A stretch of 64,000 nucleotides of DNA. It comes from the human T2T-CHM13v2.0 reference genome, Homo sapiens. Of the stretch, positions 27,407 to 39,780 are shown piece after piece (within the stretch, counting starts at the first letter, position 1; each line of letters starts with the position of its first letter). Made by a program: the position numbers and the translations under genes. The DNA is taken from assembly GCF_009914755.1 (NCBI RefSeq), contig NC_060929.1. One strand, given 5' to 3'. The notes under the pieces are model-generated. The model was not told the origin of the DNA and did not search any database. It saw only the letters and a list, made by a program, of their open reading frames with translations.

Positions 27407-27755
27407 TGATATGGTTTTGTTATGTCCCCACCCAGATCTCACTCTGAATTGTAATAATACCCGTGTGTCAAGGGCCAGGCCAGCTGGAGATAACTGAATC
27501 ATGGGGGCAGTTTCCCCCATACTGTTATCATGGTAGTGAATAAGTCTCATGAGATCTCATGGTTTTATAAATTGGAGCTCCCCTGCACAAACTCTGTCAT
27601 TTCTGCTGCCTTGTAAAATGTCCCTTTGCTCTTCCTTCATCCTCTGTCATGATTGTGAAGCTTCCCTAGCCATGTGAGTCCATTAAACCTCTTTCTTTAT
27701 AAATTACCCAGTCTCTGGTATGCCTTTATTAGCAGCATGAGAATGGACTAATACA
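27407..27755 (+). mobile_element. THE1 (THE1C-like) solo LTR
   Basis: tgatatggttt...cagcatgagaatggactaataca. Confidence 0.9.
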
Positions 27756-27909
27756 CCACGCTTGATCTTTTCCTTGCTGTTCTCTTCCTCACTTTCCCCA
27801 ATCCAATCATGTGACATATCTTTCAAATACATCTGAGAGACATCTCTAGCCATTGGTCTCCACTGACACTCTTAGCACTGGTCCTCATCATCTCTCAGGA
27901 CAAACTCTA

Positions 27910-27960
27910 GCAAACCATGCCTGGAACTCTTCTTGGCAAACCATGCCTGGAACTCTTCTT
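27910..27960. repeat. 26 bp tandem duplication
   Basis: gcaaaccatgcctggaactcttctt at 27910-27934 and 27936-27960. Confidence 0.95.
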
Positions 27961-27961
27961 A

Positions 27962-28092
27962 GCACCCATGAGGTATTATCATCCTCATTTTAGAGATGAA
28001 GAATGAAGGTACACAGAGATTAAGTGATGGAGTTGATAAAGGAGCTAGGCTTTGAACACAGGCCAGACTCTTGTCTACTGACCATTACACTC
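27962..28092 (-). mobile_element. MIR
   Basis: 'tattatcatcctcattttagagatgaag...cacagagattaagtga'. Confidence 0.7.
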
Positions 28093-28134
28093 AGGTACCT
28101 CTTGAATCATCTTGGCCTCAACTTCTATGTTTTC

Positions 28135-28392
28135 CTACATGAACCATGTGCTCAAGTTATTCTGAAGATTCTCCTTGCTTTCTAGGGCTTTTTACATTTC
28201 CTGTGCCATTGAAAATGATATTTCCTCTATCTGGAATGCTCTTTCTTCTTTGCTTGCTGTTAGTTCCTACCAGTCTTCCAAGACCAACTCAGATAACAGC
28301 TCTTCAAGGCAGGAATCATGTCTTATTTATTATTTTTTAATCCCAGCACTGTATCTGTTTCATAATAGGTACCCCAATATCTATTAAATAAA
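28135..28392 (+). mobile_element. L2 3' fragment
   Basis: 'aggcaggaatcatgtcttattt...cccagcact...taggtaccccaata'. Confidence 0.6.
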
Positions 28393-28581
28393 AGAAAATG
28401 ATTATTTCTCTTTCTACTACTTCCAAGGCAAAGTTATTTTGCAAATATTTTCTATTGAAAGCAGCTCCATAGATATCCCATTCCTGCCTTAAGGCAACTG
28501 ATTAGAAGTGGATGCTTGTGTATAGGTATATATGAGGGCAAGATTCTCTGAAATATATTGACTATATGAATTCAATATATA

Positions 28582-29159
28582 CAGTAAGTCCTCACTTAAT
28601 GTTATCAATATGTTCTTGGAAACTGTGACTTTAGGAGAACTTAGGTATAATGAAACCAATTTTACCATAGCCTCGTTGATATAAGCAAGAGTTAAGTTCT
28701 GGTCATTTCTGGTCACAAAAACATCCCTAAACTTATAAATAAAGACCTAAAATGTTTCTAGTATTAAACATTAAAATAAATGTGAGCTATTCAAACATTT
28801 AAGAAAGATGAAAAAAAACCAAGTAAGATAATTATTTACCCACTAATTCCAGTTCAGGGTCAAGGGTGTCCAGAGCCTGTCTCAGGAGCTCAGGGTGCAA
28901 GGCAGGAACCAGCCCTGGACAGGATGCCATTCATCGCACAGCACACTCACACGCACCCACACTCATTCCCAGTTCACTTCACGGGCACATCTTTAGGACT
29001 GGGAGGAAACTGGAAGACTCAGAGAAAACTCGCTCCAGAAATGGAGTGAACATGCCAACTCCACACAAACAGTGGCCCTGTCTGAGAGTTGATTTTTTTT
29101 CTCATCAACATTATAACAAAATGACATTGAACAAAATGATGTTATCCGAGGACCTGCTG
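28582..29159 (-). mobile_element. MER6A (TcMar-Tigger), full length
   Basis: TIRs cagtaagtcctc / gaggacctgctg flanked by TA. Confidence 0.9.
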
Positions 29160-30288
29160 TATTGTATTGGCCATAGGAGTTTGAAGAGGTGGCATCAGCA
29201 ATGTTCTGAAGGGCACCAAACACTCCTAAGGTTTGTTTATGGCCCCACATTTCTATCTCAATTTGAAAATAAATCTCTTCTATGTAGCCTGGTCAAATAA
29301 ACATTTGTTATAACAGTAATTTATTTCAAATAATTCATGTCAGTGTAGAAGAAATCAAAAGGTGTTTATATTGGAAAGTCTATCCCAAATTCACATCACT
29401 CTAACAACTTTCCTCTCCCTCTCCCCTATCCCTTGATACCATATGTAGTTGACGTAAAGATACAATATGGTACAGGGATTTAAGGTCATTCTAATTTCTA
29501 TTTTCATTACAACTATCATAAGGCATAGGAGAAGACAAGCATTTCCTGGCAAGCAACTTTTTTTTCATCATCAGCAAAAGAGGAAAATATAAATATGGTA
29601 TAGGGAAAAATATCCTCTGGAAAGACCATAAAGTTGCCTTAATTCAGAAACAAAATCTGTGTATCCCCTGTTCCATTAATTCTCCCATACTATTAGCTAT
29701 TGGAAGATGAGGATGAAAGCTGAAGATAAACAAGTAGTGTTTGGAACTAAGGGACTAGAGCTGTGAGCACCAATCAACCTGGGCCCCAAACGTAATTTTA
29801 CTGTGGACAAAGAAAGCCCTGTTCAAGAGTTGTAAGTGTTAAAATGATTACTGAGATATGGCCCCTGCTCCTTGGAAGATGCAAAAAAGTGTAATAAAGA
29901 CCGTTCTTTTCTGTAAGTTTTTAGTAACATGAAAGTTAAGTCTTGCAGTTTTTGATAACATGACATTTTAAAATGTCTTTTATTACCAATGAGGGTAATT
30001 GTTCAGGATGAACACATTTTTATGTGATAGTTCCAGCATCCTGTCCCCAGAGGATCTTAGCTTTGTTTCTGAAAACCCATAAAATAAAGGTGGAATCATA
30101 GTCATTGGCAATCTTTCTGAGGGGTTCCGAAGTGTGAATAATTTAGTCTCAAACACAGTGGCTATATGTGCAAAAACGGCAAAATGAATCTGTGTCTATC
30201 CAGGGAAACAAAAGATCTATTTCTTTTGTTATCTATTAATACACCCCCCATCATTAGCACTGCAGTGGCACCTCTGTTTGATGGTGCA

Positions 30289-30592
30289 TTTTCTTTCTTT
30301 TTCTTTTTTTTTTTGGAGAGGGAGTCTCAGTCTTTTTGCCCAGGCTGGAATGCAATGGCGTGATCTTGGCTCAACCTCCGCCTCCCAGGTTCAAGTGATT
30401 CTCCTGCCTCAGCCTCCCAAGTAGCTGGAATTACAGGCACCCACCACCATGCCCGGCTAATTTTGTATTTTTAGTAGAGACGGGGTTTCGCCATGTTAGC
30501 CAGGCTTGTCTCGAACTCCTGTCCTCAAGTGGTCCACCCATCTCGGTCTCTCAAAGTGCTAGGATTACAGGTGTGAGCCACTGTGCCTGGCC
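30289..30592 (-). mobile_element. AluS
   Basis: Dimer; TSD tgatggtgca. Confidence 0.95.
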
Positions 30593-30672
30593 TGATGGTG
30601 CACTTTTTTTTTTTTTTTTTTTAAGATAATTTCCTCTGCTTTGTGGGAAATCAGTAAGTGCTCTTCTCTTGG

Positions 30673-30999
30673 TGTCTTAGTCCATTTGGGCTGCTCTAAC
30701 AAATTACCGTAGACTGGATGGCTTAAATTACTAACATTCCTTTCTCATCATTCTGGTGGCTAGATCTCTGAGATGAGGGTGCCAGCATGGTGGGGTCCTA
30801 GTAAGAGACCTCTCCTGGGTTGCAGACTGCTGAGTTCTTATATCTCCACATGGCAGAAAGAGGGTGTGAGAGCTCTCTGGAATCTCTTTTATAAGGGCAC
30901 TAACTCCATTCATGACCTAATTACTTGCTGAAGGCCCCACATCTTAATACCATCACTTTGGGAGTTTGGATTTAAACACATACATTCAGTTCCATAACA
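30673..30999 (-). mobile_element. MLT1A0-like MaLR solo LTR
   Basis: tgtcttagtccatttgggctgct...ccataaca; 5 bp TSD CTTGG. Confidence 0.9.
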
Positions 31000-31099
31000 C
31001 TTGGGCATAATTCTGCCCCCCTCAGAGAACAGCTAAAGTGGTTGTGGAGGCTGCTCTCAATTTTCTAATGCCAGGGCTTCTCTTGTTAACATCTCTTTC

Positions 31100-31915
31100 A
31101 CCCAGCTACTCCCCTTTAAATTATATCCCACATCTAACTGCTTCTGGCCACCTCCACTGCTCTAGCTCTGGTCCAAGCTGCTAGCAGGGCCGACCTGCAG
31201 TATTGCAACAATAAGCTCACTGTTGGGCTTTCTGCCCCTGCCCACTTTAGTCAATTATTGTGCTGCAGCCAAAGGCAAGGATATAGCAAGTATCCCACTT
31301 TGGGGTGTTTAATCTTGCTAATATGTAAGTCAGAACAGGTCACTCCTCTACTTTAACCCCCAGGGCTCCCCCATTTCACTCCACAGAAGCCAGGTACCTT
31401 CAAAGGCTTTTAAAACTCTGCATAAACTGACTCTTCATTATTTCTCTGTCTTCATCTACTACCAGGTTCCCTCTTGACCACATGTGCCATATCCTGGCCC
31501 ACCTCCTTGCTGATCCGCGAATATGGTTATGCTCTTGCCTCAGGGCCTTTGCACATTCCTCTGTCTGAAGCTCTTCCTCCCAAATGTCCACACAACACAA
31601 CTTACTCCCTCCTTCCCTTGGGGATTTACTCCACTGTCACCCTTCCAATCAGGCCTACCCTGACATCCCTACTTAAAATGGTGATGCCCCCACCATTCCC
31701 CATCTCCCCACCCTTGCCTTATATCTTTCATGGTAATGCCAGCATGCTGTGTATTTTATTTATGTGTTGTGTTTATTTTCTACTTCCCCAGTTAGAATGC
31801 TTGATCAATGAGGGGAAGGATTTTTTATTCCTTTTTTGCTGCTGTATTCTCAGTGCTTAGAACAGAGACTGGCATTTGGAAGGCTCTTAGAAATTTTTGT
31901 TAATTAGATTAATGA
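31100..31915 (+). mobile_element. L2a 3' region
   Basis: 'ctcttgcctcagggcctttgcac', 'cagtgcttagaacagagactggca'. Confidence 0.8.
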
Positions 31916-32619
31916 AATGGAGAACAGCAGGTTCTTTCTTGCACAAAGGTATAGGAGGTAACGTGCCTTATATACTCTCCTTCCTTCATCCCTCACTCTT
32001 AATCCCTTTTCAGCTTACACATACTGCTTAGTTCTTAAACCTGATATTTCTTGGAAGTGACATGACCAGGGACCACATTCTAGTTGCAGTCTGCAGTGTT
32101 AGTTCTTGGACTACAAGGGCACACCTAGCATTGCAGAACACAGAATATCAGTTGCAGCAAATCCATTTTAATGTTTTTTTCCATGTCTTGAGCATATTTG
32201 TATGGCTGGCATTCCTGGGTCACCTTAGAACAGTTCTCCCTGTTTGAGAAGCGAGTATTGAAATTTGGGATTCAGTATTCTGAAGATCCATGACAAATAC
32301 TGAAGTCAGTCTCCCTGGATTTTGTAGGTATTTTTAAGTTAGTCCTTAACTAACTTAAAAATGGATTTCAACTACATTCATGTCAAAAGAGTGATATTTC
32401 CTATATTCTGATCTGCTTCTTGCCTGGATAACCCATTGGCAGGATGAAGAAGGCATCGGTAATAAGTTACTGGAATATTTTGAGTAAGACTCTGAAAGAA
32501 AGGCCCACAAGAGGAACACGTTTTGAAGGGAAAGTGGGGGCAGGTCAGAAGCTTAGGGTGTAAATCAAGCTGATTGGGGCAGCCAGGCAATAGCCTAGCA
32601 CTTCACAAATATCACAGAA

Positions 32620-32760
32620 CACATGATGAGCCAAGCACTTTACAGCGGACTTAGGCTAATGTCTTCATTGAGGAAACTGAGGCCCTAAAGGGGGAAGTAG
32701 CTGAGCAGCAAGACGGGCACTGAAATTAAACTTCTAAGTTTTGCTCAGGGCCCGCTGATC
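32620..32760 (-). mobile_element. MIR fragment
   Basis: 'tgaggaaactgaggccctaaagggggaagtagct'. Confidence 0.55.
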
Positions 32761-32993
32761 CAGAATAGAGGCAACGTGCCACCTAAGACTAGCTTAGGGT
32801 CTGCCCACGGTGTGGTGGGACCATGGAAGCCTGGCAAACCCCTGCAGGGAAAGAAAGGATCCCAAGTTTCAGTGGGCTCTGAGTGCATCTTCCCCAAGCA
32901 AAGCTGTCAGGCCACGTCCCAGACTGCAGCTTGCCTCCTTAAGGCTAAGATGAAGGTTGAGCAAGGGATGGTGCAATTCCGGGTTAGGGAGGT

Positions 32994-33176
32994 TGAGGAC
33001 CTTCAAGTGAAACAATGGCTTAGGTGGAAACTCTCCCAAAGTCAGAGCTGCTTGTGGTTAATGTTCCTGCTGCAGCTGTTCTAGACAATGGTACTGAAAG
33101 GCTGAGTGTGGGTGAGTTCTTTCTTGACCCTGACTATGTAAAGGGCCTCTTTTTAAATGTTTTGGACTTCATCATC
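32994..33176 (+). repeat. ~180 bp unique segment, copy 1
   Basis: Roughly 85% identical (by eye) to 37263-37441. Confidence 0.9.
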
Positions 33177-33831
33177 ACGCTTTGCACATTAGCATTCTTG
33201 AATTTTCTATTTTTGGTGACTTCTAGCCAACAACAAGCCCTCTTATTTCTGTACAATTGCCTCATGGCTTGGGTTGAAATCCCACATAGCAGAGGCAGGG
33301 GTGGTATTCTTGTTTCACAAGGGCTCATTTTCTGTCCATGCAGCTCCCTTCAGTCCCCCAGCTCTGGGCTCGCCCCTCTGCTACTCCAGCCTCCTGGTTA
33401 GGCAGCCTGCTTTGTCCTGTGGTTTCTGTCGACACAGGACAGATAGTAAGGACACTGCAGCTTTGTGGATGAAGGAAGAACAAAAACTTTAAGAGAATGC
33501 CCCCATTAGTGCAGATCTCCTTGTCTCACCAACTCCCTTTACAGCCCAGTGACTTTCATGGCCCAAAGCTGTCAAAAGGCTTCTCCAGAAAGACAGAGCA
33601 GCCTGGGCAAGGCCAGGATTGGCAGACATCAGTATGGTATTCTCCAGATATTCTTTAGTAACATTGCAAGATCTGAGCTGGATTTGCTAGAGCTCTTCTC
33701 AGATTATCCTTTTGTTTAAAGGCTTCAAATCAAGGCAACACAGCTACAAAGAAGAAACTCTGGTATTGGGCTTCAGAGGTCTATTTTAACGTGTTCTTTA
33801 TCAACATGTTGTTTTCTGACCAATTCCAAGG

Positions 33832-34245
33832 TGGTATGACTTGGATCTGTGTCCCCACCCAAATCTCATGTTCAGTTGTAATCCCCATCATTGGAGGTGA
33901 GGCCTGGTGGGAGGTGACTGGATCATGGGGGCAGTGTTCTCATGAATAAGGTAGCACCATCCTCTCCATGCTGATCTCATGACAGTGAACGAGTGAGTTA
34001 TCACGAGATGTGGTTGTTTAAAAGTGTGTGCCCCCCTGACCCCGTCTAGGACTTGTTACTGCCATGTAAGATGCCTGCTCCCACTTTGCCTTCCACCATG
34101 AGTAAAAGCTCCCTGAGGCCTCCCCGGAAGCAGACGCTGCCATGCTTCCTGTACAGCCTGTGAGGCAGTGAGCCAATTAAACCTCTTTTCTTTATAAATT
34201 ACCCTGTCTCAGGTATTTATAGCAGTGCGAGAAAGAACAAATACA
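33832..34245 (+). mobile_element. MSTA-like MaLR solo LTR
   Basis: tggtatgacttggatctgtgtccccacccaaatctcatg...aataca; 5 bp TSD CAAGG. Confidence 0.92.
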
Positions 34246-34534
34246 CAAGGGAAACGCAAAGATGACTAAAAGTCAGACTAGGTTTTTAATGAAATAGGAA
34301 AGTAATAGAGATAAATCATCCGAAACAAGAAAGATAAAAGTCAATTTAAGAAAGCTCTTTAAGTCCATGAGGGGGATTATCCTGAAGTTGGGGCTATGTC
34401 ATTTTCTATTCCATTTAGGGACAAAGTAAAAAGAAAATGGCTCATATTAATAGAGCGATTCAATGTAAAAGAGCTTATTTAATACTTAGAGAGGTTCCTG
34501 GGAGATACTATTGGATTTCTTTCTTTGGTGATAT

Positions 34535-34720
34535 ATTGATGTATAGATTTAATGCAATCCTGGAATAGGTAACAATCTTGAAAAAGAATAACAAAGCTGG
34601 AGGACTCACACTTCCAGACTTCAAAACTTACTACAAGGCTGTAGTCATCAAGACAGTGTGGCACTGGCATACTAACAGACTTATGAACAAAATTGAGAGT
34701 CCAGAAAGAAACCCATACAT
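34535..34720 (+). mobile_element. L1M ORF2 fragment
   Basis: Translates [27 protein letters not shown]. Confidence 0.85.
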
Positions 34721-34896
34721 TATATTACAAGTTGTTAATGCATCCATCTGTTCACAGACATTTGGGTTGCTTCTAGTTTTTGGCTATTACAAATAAGACT
34801 TGTGTGAACATTTGTTTACAAGTCTTTATATGAACATGCTGTCATTTCTCATGGGAGTGGAATGGCTTTGTCATATAGTAAGTGTATATTTAACCT

Positions 34897-35400
34897 TTTT
34901 TTGCATTTTTTATTGTGGCAAAAAATATATAACATGAGTTTACTATTTTAGCCATTTTGAAGTGTATAGTTCAGAAGTGTTAAGTGTATTTACATTGTTG
35001 TGAAATATAATAGATATTCAGATTTTTCTCATCGTGCAAATCAGATACTCTATAGCCATTAAGCAGCAACTCTCCTTTTCCTCCTCCTCCCTATCCCCTG
35101 GTAACTATCATTCTACTCTCTGTTTCTATGAATTTGACAACTTTACATACCTCATATAAGTGGAATCACAGTATCTGTCTTTTTGTGACTGGCTTATTTC
35201 ACTTAGTATAATATTCTCCAGGTTCATCTGTGTTTTAACATGTGACAGAATTTCCTTTCTTACAAGGTTGAATAATATTCCATTGTCTGTTTATATCACA
35301 TTTTGTTTATCCATCTACCCATCAGTGGACATTTAGGATGCTTCGCTTCTTGGCTATTGTGAATAGTGTTGCTATAAACATGGGTGTGGAAATATCTGTT
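34897..35400 (-). mobile_element. L1MB1/2-type 3' end nested in L1M
   Basis: 'ttattgtggcaaaaaatatataacatgag...catacctcatataagtggaatca'. Confidence 0.8.
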
Positions 35401-35496
35401 AGTATACAATTACTTCTTAAGAAACTGCTAAACTCTTCCCTAAAGTGGACATACCAAATTATATTCCAACCAACAGTGCATGAAAGTTTCATTTCT

Positions 35497-37080
35497 GTCC
35501 CTCTCCCTCTCCCTCTCCCTCTCCCCACGGTCTCCCTCTCCCTCTCTTTCCACGGTCTCCCTCTGATGCTGAGCCGAGGCTGGACTGTGCTGCTGCCATC
35601 TTGGCTCACTGCAACCTCCCTGCCTGATCCTCCTGCCTCAGCCTGCCGAGTGCCTGCGATTGCAGGCGTGCGCCGCCACGCCTGACTGGTTTTTGTATTT
35701 TTTTTGGTGGAGACGGGGTTTCGCTGTGTTGGCCAGGCTGGTCTCCAGCTCCTAACCGTGAGTGATCCGCCAGCCTCGGCCTCCCGAGGTGCTGGGATTG
35801 CAGACGGAGTCTCGTTCACTCAGTGCTCAATGGTGCCCAGGCTGGAGTGCAGTGGCATGATCTCAGCTCGCTACAACCTCCACCTCCCAGCCACCTGCCT
35901 TGGCCTCCCAAAGTGCCGAGATTGCAGCCTCTGCCCAGCCGCCACCTCGTCTGGGAAGTGAGGAGCATCTCTGCCTGGCTGCTCATCATCTGGGATGTGA
36001 GGAGCCCCTCTGCCTGGCTGCCCAGTCTGGAAAGTGAGGAGCATCTCTGCCCGACCGCCATCCCATCTAGGAAGTGAGGAGCGCCTCTTCCCAGCCGCCA
36101 TCCCATCTAGGAAGTGAGGAGCATCTCTGCCCGGCCGCCCATCGTCTGAGAAGTGGGGAGCGCCTCTGCCCCGCCGCCTCGTCTGGGATGTGAGGAGCGC
36201 CTCTGCCCGGCCGCCCCGTCTGAGAAGTGAGGAGACCCTCTGCCTGGCAACCGCCCTGTCTGAGAAGTGAGGAGCCCCTCCGCCCGGCAGCTGCCCTGTC
36301 TGGGAAGTGAGGAGCCCCTCCACCCGGCAGCCACCCAGTCTGGGAAGTGAGGAGCGTCTCCGCCCGGCAGCCACCCCGTCCGGGAGGGAGGTGGGGGGTC
36401 AGTCCCCCGCCCGGCCAGCCGCCCCGTCCAGGAGGGAGGTGGGGGGGTCAGCCCCCCGCCCGGCCAGCCGCCCCGTCCGGGAGGTGAGGGGCGCCTCTGC
36501 CCGGCCACCCCTACTGGGAAGTGAGGAGCCCCTCTGCCCGGCCACCAACCCGTCTGGGAGGTGTACCCAACAGCTCATTGAGAACAGGCCATGATGACAG
36601 TGGCGGTTTTGTGGAATAGAAAGGGGGGAAAGGTGGGGAAAAGATTGAGAAATCAGATGGTTGCCGTGTCTGTGTAGAAAGAGGTAGACATGGGAGACTT
36701 TTCATTTTGTTCTGTACTAAGAAAAATTCTTCTGCCTTGGGATCTTGTTGATCTGTGACCTTACCCCCAACCCTGTGCTCTCTGAAACATGTGCTGTGTC
36801 CACTCAGGGTTAAATGGATTAAGGGCAGTGCAAGATGTGCTTTGTTAAACAGATGCTTGAAGGCAGCATGCTAGTTAAGAGTCATCACCACTCCCTAATC
36901 TCAAGTACCCAGGGACACAAACACTGGGGAAGGCCACAGGGTCCTCTGCCTAGGAAAACCAGAGACCTTTGTTCACTTGTTTATCTGCTGACCTTCCCTC
37001 CACTATTGTCCTATGACCCTGCCAAATCCCCCTCTGCGAGAAACACCCAAGAATGATCAATTAAAAAAAAAAAAAAAAAA
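35497..37080 (+). mobile_element. SVA (SVA_D-like), full length
   Basis: (CCCTCT)n, antisense Alu-like domain, GC-rich VNTR, SINE-R, poly(A); perfect 15 bp TSD GAAAGTTTCATTTCT (35482-35496 / 37081-37095). Confidence 0.97.
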
Positions 37081-37262
37081 GAAAGTTTCATTTCTTCCAT
37101 ATCCTCATCATTTGGGTGTGGTCAATCTTATTAACTTTAGCTATTCTGATAGGTGTGCAGTGGTATCTCATTGCAACTTTAATTTGCACTTCCCTAATGA
37201 CTAACAATGTTGAGCATTTTTTCATGTGCTTATTGCTATCTTTGTATCTTCTTTGGGAAGAC

Positions 37263-37441
37263 TGAGGACACTTAGGTGAAACAATGGCTTGGGTAAAAAC
37301 TCTCCCAAAGTCAGAGCTACTTGTGAAGTTTCCTGCTTCAGCTGTTCTAGACAATGGTACTAAAGGGCTGAGGTGGGTGTGCTCTTTCTTGACAGTGACT
37401 ATGATAATGACCCTCTTTTTAAATGTTTTGGGCTTTATCAC
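37263..37441 (+). repeat. ~180 bp segment, copy 2 (inserted in L1M)
   Basis: Homologous to 32994-33176; interrupts the L1 motif tcttctttgg..aa / c.attcaa. Confidence 0.9.
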
Positions 37442-38819
37442 CCATTCAATCTCTTGTGCAGTTTTGAAATCAGGTTGTTTACTTTCTTACTATTGAGCTT
37501 GAGAGTTCTTTATAGAGTCTTGATTCAAGTCCTTTATCAGATTTATGACATCTGATATGATTTCAAATATTTTCTCCTGGTCTGTGGCCTGTCTTTTCAT
37601 TTCTCTTAACAGCATACTCAAAAATCAGAAGTTTTAAGTTTTATAAAATTCAAATGATCAATTTTAAAAAACGAGTCCTATTTTTGTTGCCATATCCAAG
37701 AAATCTTTGTGTAACGCAAGATTGCAAAGATTTTTCCTGTGTTTTCTTCTGGAAGTTTTGTACTTGTGGGTTTCATCTTTAGGCCTATGATCCATTTAAA
37801 TTAACTTTGGTATATTGTGCAGAATGTGGATCAAAATTTTTATTTTTTATGTGGTTATTTAATTATTACAGCATATTTTGTTGTAAAAAAACTATTCTTT
37901 CTTCACTGAATTGCCTTTGTAATTTTGTTGAAAGTTGGTTGTCCATATGTGTGTGAGTCTATGTCTGGACTCTCCATTCTGTTCTGCTGACCTATCTTTA
38001 CACCATTGCCACACTGTTTTGATTACTGTAGCTTTATAAATTAAAATCAGAGACCATTAGTCCTTCAATGCTGTTCTTGTTTTTCAAAGTTGCTTTGCTT
38101 ATTCTAGGTCCTTTGTACTTTTATATACATTTTAAAATCAACTTGTCAATTTCTACAAAAATAGCCTACTGGAACTTTAATTGAGATTGCATTGAATGTA
38201 TACGTCATTTTAGGAAGAACTGATGTCTTACCAATATTGAGTCTTCTGACTCATGAATATGATGTATCTCTCCATTTATTTCAAAATTTATTTTTTCTCA
38301 ACCATGTTTTATGGTTTTATTGCATATATCTTGTACATATTTTATTGGATTTACCCTTATGCATTTCATATTTTTGATGCTAATAATGGTAATTTAAAAA
38401 ATTTGTATTTCCAAATATTCATTGCTAAGCTGGTCTGGGTTTCAACTTTTAGATTTGTCTTATTAGATATTTCTGTATCCTCTCATTACTACTGGGTGAG
38501 CAGCTAAAGGGTGCTTATTTATTTTTAGAAACATATTGGCCAAATCCTACTTGCTTGGGCCTGGGAAAGGAAAGATCGGACCTGAGTCTGTTTTCACTAC
38601 CTTCATGCAGGCAGAATCCTTTCCTGATATCTTTATATAAAGGCAACACTTCCATGTGGTTCTTTTCTGGAGCCTCCCAATTCTCTGCCATCCAAACAAA
38701 ACCCACGGAGACTGAGCTGGCACAACTGTGACCACTTCGCTAATCACTTGGCTTTGGCTGCTGAAGGTCGTAGAGCTGCCTGGCAGGAAATGGGGCACAG
38801 ACAGCAGGTGGCCCTGCCA

Positions 38820-38980
38820 GAGCAGCTGGAAAAGTGCTCTATTCATGACAGATTGTACATCATGAACCACAGTGACAGCATGGCATACCTGTCAGCCCCA
38901 TGGCCGGCCGATTAGGTTAATTAAGGTTTTTGTCTTCAAGCATAATTGTTAGAGCTGTCAGCAGCATCAGTGATGCTAAA
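38820..38980. promoter_or_regulatory. Candidate enhancer: MEIS/TGIF (TGACAG) cluster plus TTAATTAA
   Basis: TGACAG at 38846 and 38873; CTGTCA at 38889 and 38955; TTAATTAA at 38917; apparently non-repeat sequence. Motif inference only. Confidence 0.35.
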
Positions 38981-39780
38981 ATGAAGAATCATATTTAGAG
39001 AGTGACACAGAAGATCCAAAAGAATGCTTGTACGAACATAGAAGGCTAAGAGGCAGCGGATTCATTTCAACCCCAGAACAACCTAATTCAAAAATATTGG
39101 GGGGAAAAGCAATCATGTTCAGTGGAGTTTATGGTGCTCTGAAAGCATATCTGACTAACATACAGTTGATACCTTGGAGGTTATCTTAGGAGTCCTACAG
39201 GTAAGTCTCGAGAAGATAATTCATTTTCCAAAAGCACCAGAACTACAGACTATTTAAGAACAGAACACGTGGAGTTTTAATTACTAATGTGCTTAGCACA
39301 GTGGCTGCCCACAAGGACTCCAGAGGCTAAGTAGGAAGTTTTACAGAGTGCATCATTGACTTTTAAAACTTTAGACTGAGGATTAAAATATTTATTTTAA
39401 GTAGAATTGGAAGTGTTAACTTAGTGCAATTGCAGAAGCAACAGCAAGGCATCCATGCTTCCAGCTGACTATGCTCATCCATGCCTGGGATTTCATAGAT
39501 TTCTTTGGTTCTTTGACAACTACTGAGATTCTGATACCTTGAATGGGAGAATAAGTCATTAGGCCTTATCAGTCATTTACATGTTGTGAATGTACCCCAG
39601 TGTGAAAGAATTGATCCTAAAGCATTTTCTTCTGGCCCTTGGAGAACATTGTATAAGGGAGATCAAAGAACCTGAAGTGAGTGAAGAGAAGTGAGAGGGG
39701 GCAAAGGCATTTTTATAAAAGATGGAGAAAAAAAGAGACTAAAGACTCTAATTCAAATTTCACATAGGAACACATCAAAG

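Larger units (their letters stand above)
34730..38428 (-). mobile_element. Old L1M (antisense) interrupted by L1MB, SVA and a templated insert
   Basis: Continuous antisense L1 motifs once the inserts are removed ('gtggtatctcattg...aatttgcacttccctaatgactaac', 'gagattgcattgaatgtata'). Confidence 0.8.

Noticed and set aside
34535-34900. Sense L1 piece next to antisense L1 as a twin-priming inversion
   Set aside because: The sense piece covers L1 coordinates also present antisense near 37950-38110 and lies on the 3' side; an independent fragment is more likely.
35940-36560. Regularly spaced ~37-50 bp repeats resembling a CRISPR array
   Set aside because: SVA VNTR units with no unique spacers and no cas genes, in primate DNA.
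35322-37056. Overlapping GC-rich ORFs (also at 61117-62716)
   Set aside because: SVA VNTR, Alu-like and SINE-R translations; the local CpG richness is SVA-derived, not a gene CpG island.
33024-37496. Two similar ORFs (TLPKSELLV...AVLDNGT) suggesting paralogous genes
   Set aside because: Similarity comes from the ~180 bp DNA duplication; an indel shifts the frame between copies and there is no recognisable domain.
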